This document shows, in pieces, positions 43,001-55,000 of a stretch of 64,000 nucleotides of DNA. The notes under the pieces were generated by a model that was given only the letters and a program-made list of their open reading frames with translations, ran no database searches and was not told the DNA's origin. Origin of the DNA: a bacterium (GTDB lineage: Bacteria > UBA9089 > CG2-30-40-21 > SBAY01); NCBI GenBank assembly GCA_040755795.1, contig JBFLXS010000002.1:5109-69108 (forward strand). Reading direction: 5' to 3'. How positions within the stretch are numbered: position 1 is the first letter of the stretch; every line of letters starts with the position of its first letter. Made by a program: the position numbers and the translations under genes.

Positions 43001-46000
43001 ACGATACGAGGCACAGGTTATGCGGCGAATGAGTTAATTTATATCCACTTTGGCACAACAAATACGATAACGACAACATCTGTAGATGGACAGGGTAGCT
43101 GGACAACCACCTTTACCATAGATACACAACCTTATGGCTCTACAACCATAACAGCGGTAGGGTTGAGTTCAGGTCAGGCAAGCAATGACTTTAAGATACT
43201 GCCAGAAATATGGTCAGTGGAGTTAGCCGAAGGGACAGTAGGAACAATTGTTACGATACGAGGCACAGGCTATGCGGCGAATGAATTAGTTTATATTCAC
43301 TTTGGGACAACAAAGACAATCACAACGACCTCAGCCGCAATCGAAGGTAGTTTCACGACGACATTTACCGTCGATACACAACCTTATGGTTCGACGACAA
43401 TCACTGCGGTAGGCTTGAGTTCAAGTTCTGCAATAAATGACTTCAAGATACTGCCCGAATTATGGTCAGGGGTGCTTGCCGAAGGGACAGTAGGGACAAT
43501 CGTAACGATACGAGGCACCGGTTATGCGGCGAATGAGTTAGTTTATATCCACTTTGGCACAACAAAGACAATTACCACGACCTCAGCCTCAATCGAAGGT
43601 AGTTTCACGACGACATTTACCATTGATACGCAACCGTATGGTTCGACAACGATAACAGCGGTTGGATTGAATTCAGGTAGTGCCATAAATGACTTCAAGA
43701 TATTACCGGAATTATGGTCTGTAACACCAAAAGAAGGGACAGTAGGGACAATCGTAACGATACGAGGCACAGGCTATGCGGCGAATGAGTTAATTTACAT
43801 TCACTTTGGCACAACAAAGACAATTACCACGACCTCAGCCTCAATCGAAGGTAGCTGGACGACGACATTCACTGTTGATACACAGGGATTTGGCTCAACG
43901 ACAATAACCGCTGTAGGATTAAATTCCGGCAGTGCGATAAATTACTTCAAGATAACTGTTGAGTTATATTCAGTAACACCAACAGAGGGCACAGTAGGAA
44001 CAATAATTACGATTAAAGGCACAGGTTATAAAGCCAATGAAGAAGTAAGAATAGACTTTGGCACAACATCAAGTATTACTACGACGCAGGCAGATGAAAC
44101 AGGTAGCTGGACAGTTACATTTACCATAAATACACAACCTTATGATACAACTACAATCAAGGCAACAGGATTAACCTGTCAGGGAGAAGGGATTAATTAC
44201 TTCAAGATACTGCCAGAGTTATGGTCAGTGGTGTTAGCCGAAGGGACAGTAGGGACAATCATAACGATACGAGGCACAGGCTATGCGGCGAATGAGTTAG
44301 TTTATATTCACTTTGGCACAACAAAGACAATCACGACGACCTCAGCCGCAATCGAAGGTAGCTTCACGACGACATTTACCATCGATACGCAACCTTATGG
44401 TTCGACAACGATAACAGCGGTTGGATTGAATTCAGGTAGTGCCATAAATGACTTCAAGATACTGCCAGAGTTATGGTCAGTAGTATTAGCCCAAGGGACA
44501 GTAGGGACAATTGTAACGATACGAGGTACAGGGTATGCGGCGAATGAGTTAGTCTATATCCACTTTGGCACAACAAAGACAATCACGACGACCTCAGCGG
44601 CAATCGAAGGTAGTTTCACGACGACATTTACCATCGATACGCAACCTTATGGTTCGACGACAATCACTGCGGTAGGTCTGAGTTCAGGTAGTGCCATAAA
44701 TGACTTCAAGATACTGCCAGAATTATGGTCAGTGGTGTTAGCCGAAGGGACAGTAGGGACAATCGTTACAATCCGAGGCACAGGCTATGCGGCGAATGAG
44801 TTAATTTACATCCACTTTGGGACAACAAAGACGATTACCACGACCTCATCGGCAATCGAAGGGAGCTGGACCACAACATTTACTGTTAATACACAACCAT
44901 ATGGTTCAACAACAATTACTGCGGTAGGTTTGAATTCAGGCGAGGCGATAAATGACTTTAAGATAATACCAGAATTATGGTCTGTAACTCCAACTTCCGG
45001 AACAGTAGGTACCAGTATTACTATAAGAGGCACGGGTTATTGTGGGACAGAGGTAGTTTATATCCACTTTGGTATAACCAATACGATTACTACGGTTGTT
45101 TCAGATATAGAGGGTAGTTGGACAATTACATTTACTGCTGATGCTCAACCTTATGCAACTACTACTATAATAGCAGGAGGACAGCATAATGCACATCAGG
45201 CAAGCAATTTCTTCTCTATGAAGAGTAGGATTGTTGAGATAGTGCCACCTAAAGGTGCTATTGGACTTGAAATTACAGTTTATGGTGATGGATTTGGTGC
45301 CTCAGAATCTGTCCGGATTGATTTTAGCGACAAACCGACATTAACTTATGTTACTTCTCAACGAAATGGGCAATTTACCGCTATCTTTACTGTTCCTGAT
45401 GTATCTGCTAATCAAACAGTAACGGCTACAGGTCTTACAACGGGTGCGGAAGGTATAGATACATTTACGGTTATACCTGGTATCTCATTTATATCACCTA
45501 CCTTTGGGACTATTGGAACTATAGTTGATATTAGAGGAAGTGGTTTTGGTGTAGGAAATGAAATAAGAATAGATTTTGGCACAACGAGAAGTATTGTCGT
45601 CCTAACTGCTGATACGAGTGGAAGATTTGTTACTACCTTTACTGTTGATACTCAACCTTCAGGTTCAACTACTGTTATGGTCCAGGATGTGTTAACTTCA
45701 GCTTTTGAAGATAGAATATTTGATATTATTGGAAGAATTACCTATACTACACCTCTCATTGGAACTGTTGGGACAACTATTACCGTGCAAGGAGATGGTT
45801 ATGGAGCTACCGAGACAATACGGATTAGTTTTGGAACAACTACGACTATCGGAACAGCGACTTCAAATGCCGTAGGAACTTATACCGCTATCTTCACCAT
45901 TGATACTCAACCTTATGGAAATACGACTGTGGTAATTAAAGGTTTAACTTCTGGTGAAGAAGAAATAACACAAGTATTTATTATACCTAATATTATTGTA

Positions 46001-49000
46001 GTTACACCTGATAGAGGTAGTGTGGGGACAATAATTACTTTGAAAGGAAATGGATACAAGGCGAATGAAACAGTTCAAATTGACTTTGGTAATTATTCTA
46101 CTATCACTACCACTTCAAGTGATAACATTGGTTCATTTACTACAACCTTTACTATTGATACCCAGAAATATGGTGTTACAACTATTATTGCCAGAGGATT
46201 AGATTCAAGTTATGCTGTTGATGACCTGTTTATTATACCTAATATCATCACCGTTACGCCTTCAATTGGAACTGTGGGAACGATAATAACCGTAGCCGGT
46301 AATGGTTATGGGGCGTCAGAGACAATAACCATTAGTTTTGGAACACATCCAACTATAACGACTACTTCTACGGATGAAATAGGGTCATTCACGACTACCT
46401 TTACGATAGATACCCAGAGATATGGAACAACAACGATTATTGCTACCAATATGAGTTCGGCAGAAGGCTACTTCTTCATTATTCCAAATATAATTAACAT
46501 TACACCTAAGTCTGGAACTGTGGGCACAATAATAACATTGCAAGGTAATGGATTTGGAGCCTCCAAGACTTTAAGCATAGACTTTGGAACTACATCTACT
46601 ATTCAAATTACCTCTACTTATGCCGAAGGCAGCTTTACCACTACCTGGACAATTGATACTCAACCTTATGGTATCACCACTATTACTACCCATGGAAGTA
46701 AGGATGCATCAGGAACATTTACCATCTTACCTAATATCATTCTGATTACACCGAGTTCAGGGACAGTGGGAACGATAATAACCGTGAGAGGAAATGGCTA
46801 TGCCGCATCGGATACGGTAAGAATAGCATTTGGTATCACTCCAACAATTCAATTAGTTTCTACAGAAATATATGGTAGCTTCACTACCACATTTACTATA
46901 GATACTCAACAATATGGCATAACAACGATTGTTGCTCATGGAGATGCACAAGGCATTTCGGCTCAAGGGACTATTAGTATTCAACCCAATATCATTCTTG
47001 TTACACCAACTTCAGGAACCGTAGGAACGATAATAACCTTAAGAGGAAATGGATATTGGGCATCCGAGACAATCAGGGTAGAATTTGGGACTACGCCAAC
47101 TATACAACTAACCTCTACTTATGCAGAAGGTAGTTTCACCACCACATTTACTATAGATACACAACCTTATGGCATAACAACTATTATTGCTCATGGAAAC
47201 GGGATATTATCCGCAGGCACATTAACCATATTACCTAATACCATTTTGATTACACCGAGTTCAGGGACAGTAGGAACGATAATAACTGTGAGAGGGAATG
47301 GATATGAGGCATCGTCGGTAATCAGGGTAGAATTTGGGACTACACCTACAATACAACTAACTTCTACCTATGCCGAAGGCAGCTTTACCACTACATTTAC
47401 TATTGATACACAACCTTATGGCATAACAACTATTATTGCTCATGGAAACTGGATATTAGCAGAAGGGACATTAACCATATTACCTAATATTATTCTGATT
47501 ACACCAGATTCAGGGACAGTAGGAACGATAGTAACATTAAGAGGAAATGGTTATCGGGCATCCGAGAGAATCAGGGTAGAATTTGGGACTACGCCAACAA
47601 TACAGATAACCTCTACCTACGCAGAGGGAAGTTTCACCACCACATTTACCATAGATACACAACAGGCGGGTATAACAACCATTATTGCCTATGGAGACGG
47701 AATATTAGCCGAAGGAACATTAACTGTGTCATCGAATATTGTTCTGGTTACACCAGATTCTGGAACAGTGGGAACAGTAATAACCGTGAGAGGAAATGGA
47801 TTCAGGGCATCAGATACGATAAGGATAGATTTTGGAGTAACTCGAACAATTCAATTAACTTCTACTTATGCCGAAGGGAGCTTTACTACTACATTTACGA
47901 TTGACACGCAAAACTATGGTTCTACAACAATAACAGCATCAGATTTAGATTCACGGCAGGCGGTTAGATACTTTAAGATACTGCCAGAACTTTGGTTTGT
48001 AACTTCAACCGAAGGAACAGTAGGAACTATAGTAACGATAAGAGGGACAGGATATGCGGCGAATGAGTTAGTTTATATCCACTTTGGAACGACAAAGACG
48101 ATAACAACTACATCTTCAGCCAATGAAGGTAGCTTTACCACTACATTTACTATTGATACACAACCTTATGGCTCTACAACCATAACAGCCTTAGGATTAA
48201 GTTCAGATAAGGCAAGCAACTACTTTAAGATACTATCTTCAGTTTATGAAGTTACACCGATTGAAGGGACGGTAGGAACAATCGTTACCATCAGTGGAAT
48301 GGGATATGGGGCGTTCAAAGACATAACCATACATTTTGGCACAACTAATACCATTACTACTACTTCTACGAATATAGCAGGGTCATTTACTACAACATTT
48401 ACCGTAGATACACAACCTTATGGCACGACAACGATAACGGCATTAGGTTCTGTGGCAATTAACCACTTCAAGATACTGCCAGAGTTGTGGTATGTCAATC
48501 CAGCAGAAGGGACAGTAGGTAAGGTAGTAACAATTCGAGGGACAGGCTATGCGGCGAATGAGTTAGTCTATGTCCACTTTGGCACAACTAATACAATAAC
48601 GACAACATCTGTAGATATAGAGGGTAGCTTCACAACAACATTTACCATAGATACACAACCTTATGGCTCTACAACCATAACAGCGGTAGGTTTGAGTTCC
48701 GGTCAGGCAAGCAATGACTTCAAGATACTGCCAGAATTATGGTATGTCAGTCCAGTAGAAGGGACAGGAGGGAGTATAGTAACAATTCGAGGGACAGGCT
48801 ATGCGGCGAATGAGTTAGTCTATATTCACTTTGGCACGACTAACACGATAACAACTACTTCTTCAGCCAATGAAGGTAGTTTCACCACTACATTTACCAT
48901 AGATACACAACCTTATGGTTCTACAACGATTACAGCATTAGGTTTGAGTTCAGATAAGGCAAGTAATTACTTTAAGATACTATCTTCAGTTTATCAAGTT

Positions 49001-52000
49001 ACGCCGACTGAAGGGACGGTAGGGACAATCGTTACCATAAGTGGAATGGGTTATGGGGCGTTCAAAGACATAACCATACATTTTGGCACGACAAACACCA
49101 TTACTACTACTTTATCGAACATAGCAGGTTCATTTACCACTACCTTTACCATAGATACACAACCTTATGGCACGACAACGATAACCGCATTAGGTTCTGT
49201 GGCAATTAACCACTTCAAGATACTGCCAGAGTTGTGGTATGTCAATCCAGCAGAAGGGACGGTAGGTAAGGTAGTAACGATTCGAGGGACAGGATATACG
49301 GCACAGGAATTAGTCTATATCCACTTTGGCACGACCAACACCATAACGACAACATCTGTAGATGAACAGGGTAGCTTCACAACGACATTTACCATAGATA
49401 CACAACCTTATGGCTCTACAACGATAACAGCGTTAGGCTTAAGTTCAGGTCAAGCGATAAATGACTTCAAGATATTGCCAGAATTATGGTCTGTCAATCC
49501 AGCAGAAGGGACAGTAGGGAAGGTAATAACGATTCGCGGGACAGGATATGCGGCACAGGAAACAGTTTACATTCACTTTGGCACGACAAATACGATAACG
49601 ACAGTATCATCCGATGTCCAGGGTAGCTTCACGACTACATTTACCATAGATACACAATCTTATGGCTCTACAACGATAACAGCCGTAGGTTTGAGTTCAG
49701 ATAAGGCTATTAACTACTTTATGATATTATCTTCAGTTTATGAGGTTACGCCAACTGAAGGGACGGTAGGAACAATAGTTACCATCAGTGGAATGGGATA
49801 TGGGGCGTTTAAAGATATAACCATACATTTTGGCACGACCAATACCATTACCACTACCTCATCGAATATAGCCGGTTCATTTACTACTACCTTTACTATA
49901 GATACACAGCCTTATGGGACGACAACGATAATCGCTATAGGTTCTAAGGCAATTAACTATTTCAAGATACTGCCAGAATTATGGTATGTCAATCCAGCAG
50001 AAGGGACGGTAGGTAAGATAATAACGATTCGAGGGACAGGATATGCAGCGAATGAGTTAGTTTATGTTCATTTTGGCACGACTAATACGATAACGACAAC
50101 ATCTGCAGATGTCCAGGGTAGCTTCACCACTACATTTACCATAGATACACAACCTTATGGTTCTACAACTATAACAGCGTTAGGGTTAAGTTCAGGTCAG
50201 GCGAGCAATGACTTCAAGATACTACCAGAATTATGGTCTGTCAATCCAGCAGAAGGAACAGTAGGGAAGGTAGTAACGATTCGAGGGACAGGATATGCGG
50301 CGAATGAGTTAGTCTATATCCACTTTGGGACGACAAAGACGATAACAACTACATCTGCAGATGGACAGGGTAGCTGGACAACAACATTTACCATAGATAC
50401 ACAATCTTATGGTTCTACAACCATAACAGCGGTAGGATTGAATTCAGGTTCAGCTATCAATTATTTCAAGATACTGGTAGAGTTATATTCCATTACACCG
50501 ACAGAAGGAACAGTAGGGACGATAGTTACTATTAAAGGAACAGGATATAACGCTAATGAAGAGATAAGGATAGATTTTGGAGTTAAATCAACGATAACTA
50601 CGACACAAGCAGATGAAACAGGCAGCTGGACAGCTACATTTACCATAGACACGCAACAGTATGGTAGAACAACTATTAAGGCAACTGGATTAACCTGTCA
50701 GGGAGAAGGAATTAACTACTTCAAGATACTGCCAGAATTATGGTATGTTGAGCCAGCAGAAGGAACAGTAGGAAATATCGTAACGATTCGAGGGACAGGC
50801 TATGCGGCGAATGAATTAGTCTATATCCACTTTGGCACAACTAACACGATAACGACTACATCTGTAGATATACAGGGTAGCTTCACCACTACCTTTACCA
50901 TAGATACGCAACCTTATGGCTCTACAACGATAACAGCGTTAGGGTTGAGTTCAGGACAGGCAAGCAATGACTTCAAGATACTGCGAGAATTATGGTCAGT
51001 GGTGCTTGCGGAAGGGACAGTAGGGACAATCGTAACGATACGAGGCACCGGCTATGCGGCAAATGAGTTGATTTATATCCACTTTGGGACAACAAAGACG
51101 ATTACAACGACATCAGCGGCAATTGAAGGTAGTTTCACAACGACATTTACTATTGATACACAACCGTATGGTTCGACGACAATCACTGCGGTAGGTCTGA
51201 GTTCAGGTAGTGCCATAAATAACTTCAAGATACTGCCAGAGTTATGGTCAGTGGTGCTTGCGGAAGGGACAGTAGGAACAATCGTAACGATCCGAGGCAC
51301 CGGTTATGCGGCGAATGAGTTAGTCTATATCCACTTTGGCACAACTAATACTATAACGACTACATCTTCAGATGGACAGGGTAGCTGGACAACAACCTTT
51401 ACCATAGATACACAATCTTATGGCTCTACAACGATAACAGCGTTAGGCTTGAGTTCAGATAAGGCTATTAACTACTTTATGGTATTATCTTCAGTTTATG
51501 AGGTTACGCCAACTGAAGGGACGGTAGGGACGATAGTTACCATCAGTGGAATGGGATTTGGGGCGTTCAAAGATATAACCATACATTTTGGCACGACTAA
51601 TACGATTACGACCACTGTGTCAAATATAGCAGGTTCATTTACCACAACATTTACCATAGATACACAGCCTTATGGCACGACAACGATAATCGCTTTAGGT
51701 TCGAAGGCAATTAACTACTTTAAGATACTGCCAGAATTGTGGTATGTCAATCCAGCAGAAGGGACAGTAGGAAGTATAGTAACGATACGAGGGACAGGGT
51801 ATGCGGCGAATGAGTTAGTTTATATCCACTTTGGCACAACTAATACCATAACAACTACATCTTCAGATATTCAGGGTAGTTTCACCACAACATTTACAAT
51901 TGATACCCAGAATTATGGCTCTACAACCATAACAGCTTTGGGATTAAGTTCAGGCCAGGCTATTAATGATTATAAGATAATGCCAGCTGTCTGGTATGTC

Positions 52001-55000
52001 ATTCCACCAAAGGGAACAGTTGGCAGCACGGTGATGATAAGAGGGACAGGGTATGAAGCCAATGAGTTAGTTTATATCCACTTTGGGACAACAAAGACGA
52101 TAACAACTACATCTGCAGATATAGAAGGTAGCTGGACAACTACATTTACCATAGATACACAACCTTATGGCAGCACAACGATAATCGCATTAGGGTTAAG
52201 TTCAGACAAGGCGACTAATTACTTTATGATTGTTCCAAGATTATGGTATGTGAGTCCAGTAGAAGGGACAGTAGGGAGTGTAGTAACGATTCGTGGAACA
52301 GGATATGCGGCTTATGAGCCAGTAAATATCTTCTTTGGAACTACGGTATTACCTATTATGCAAACCTTAGTAGATGTTGAAGGAAGTTTCACCACGACAT
52401 TTACTGTTGATACACAACCTTATGGCACTACGACGATAGTGGCTACTGGTGTGAATTCTCTTATTCCAGATGCTAATTATTTCAAGATACTGCCAGAATT
52501 ATGGTATGTCAGTCCAGCAGAAGGGACAGTGGGTACGGTAGTAACGATTCGAGGGACAGGCTATGCGGCGAATGAATTAGTCTATATCCACTTTGGCACG
52601 ACTAATACGATAACGACAACATCTGTAGATGGACAGGGTAGCTTCACAACTACATTTACCATAGATACACAATCTTATGGTAGCACAACCATAACAGTCT
52701 TAGGGTTAAGTTCAGGTCAGGCGAGCAATGACTTCAAGATACTGCCAGAATTATGGTCTGTCAATCCAGCAGAAGGGACAGTAGGTAAGATAGTAACGAT
52801 AAGAGGAACAGGCTATGCGGCGAATGAGTTAGTTTATATCCACTTTGGCACAACTAATACCATAACGACTACATCTTCAGCCATAGAAGGTAGCTTTACC
52901 ACTACATTTACCGTAGATACGCAGTCTTATGGTTCTACAACTATTACCGCCGTAGGGTTGAGTTCAGACAAGGCAACTAATTACTTTATGATATTATCTT
53001 CAGTTTATGAGGTTACACCGACTGAAGGAACGGTAGGGACAATCGTTACCATCAGTGGAATGGGATTTGGGGCGTTCAAAGATATAACCATACATTTTGG
53101 CACGACTAAGACGATTACTACTACTTCTTCGGATATAGCCGGTTCATTCACCACTACCTTTACTATAGATACACAACCTTATGGAACGACAACGATAACC
53201 GCTTTAGGTTCGAAGGCAATTAACTACTTCAAGATACTACCAGAATTATGGTATGTTAATCCAGCCGAAGGGACAGTAGGTCAGGTAGTAATGATTCGGG
53301 GGACAGGCTATGCGGCGAATGAGTTGGTCTATATCCACTTTGGCACAGCAAATACAATCACGACGACCTCAGCCGGAATTGAAGGTAGTTTCACGACGAC
53401 ATTTACTATTGATACACAACCTTATGGCTCTACAACCATAACAGCATTAGGTTTGAGTTCAGATAAGGCAATAAATGACTTCAAGATACTGCCAGAGTTA
53501 TGGTCAGTGGTGCTTGCGGAAGGGACAATAGGAACAATCGTAACAATCCGAGGCACCGGCTATGCGGCGAATGAGTTAATTTATATCCACTTTGGCACAA
53601 CAAATACAATCACGACGACCTCAGCGGCAATTGAAGGTAGTTTCACGACGACATTTACTATTGATACACAACCGTATGGTTCGACGACAATCACTGCGGT
53701 AGGTCTGAGTTCAGGTAGTGCCATAAATAACTTCAAGATACTGCCAGAATTATGGTCAGTGGTGTTAGCCGAAGGGACAGTGGGGACAATCGTAACAATC
53801 CGAGGCACCGGCTATGCGGCGAATGAGTTAATTTACATTCACTTTGGCACAACTAATACAATTACGATGACCTCAGCCGCAATCGAAGGTAGTTTCACGA
53901 CGACATTTACTATTGATACACAACCTTATGGCTCTACAACCATAACAGCATTAGGTTTGAGTTCAGATAAGGCAATAAATGACTTCAAGATACTGCCAGA
54001 GTTATGGTCAGTGGTGCTTGCGGAAGGGACAGTTGGAACAATTGTAACGATTCGAGGCACCGGCTATGCGGCGAATGAGTTAATTTACATTCACTTTGGG
54101 ACAACAAAGACAATCACGACGACCTCAGCCGCAATTGAAGGTAGTTTCACGATGACATTTACCATTGATACACAACCTTATGGTTCGACGACGATAACAT
54201 CAGTTGGCTTGCATTCAGGTAGTGCCATAAATGACTTCAAGATATTGCCGGAATTATGGTCTGTAACACCAAAAGAAGGGACAGTTGGGACAATCGTCAC
54301 AATTCGAGGGACAGGATATGCGGCGAATGAGTTAATTTATATCCACTTTGGGACAACAAATACAATCACGACGACCTCATCCGCAATTGAAGGTAGTTTC
54401 ACGACGACATTTACCATTGATACACAACCTTATGGTTCGACGACGATAACAGCGGTTGGATTGAATTCAGGTAGTGCCATAAATGACTTCAAGATACTAC
54501 CAGAATTATGGTCTGTCAGTCCAACAGAAGGGACAGTAGGTAAGATAGTAACAATTCGAGGAACAGGCTATGCGGCGAATGAGTTAATTTACATTCACTT
54601 TGGCACAACTAATACCATAACGACAACATCTGCAGATGGACAGGGTAGCTGGACTACAACCTTTACTATAGATACACAATCTTGTGGCTCTACAATTATT
54701 ACAGCCGTAGGGTTGAGTTCAGGTTCAGCTATCAATTACTTCAAGATAATGGCAGAATTATATTCAGTTACACCGACAGAAGGAACGGTAGGAACTATTG
54801 TTACGATTAGAGGAACAGGGTATTTAGCCAGTGAGCAAATAAGGATAGACTTTGGAGTTAAATCAACGATAACGACAACACAAGCAGATGGAATAGGTAG
54901 TTGGACAGTTACCTTTACCATAGATACCCAGGCCTATGGTAACACTACCATTAAATCTACTGGATTAATATCTCAGGGAGAAGGGATTAACTACTTCAAG

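Noticed and set aside
36484-54921. Dozens of near-identical 73-75 aa minus-strand ORFs from the supplied track (MPRIVTIVPTVPSASTTDHNSG..., MVKVTVQLPVPSAC...) recurring every 252 bp. They could be mistaken for a family of small genes.
   Set aside because: They are the antisense of a repeated sense unit. The complement of the sense codons happens to lack stops for about 220 nt in each unit. They have no independent start context and are wholly contained in the giant + strand ORF. The same applies to the other minus-strand ORFs (for example 8060-8470 and 21638-22054).
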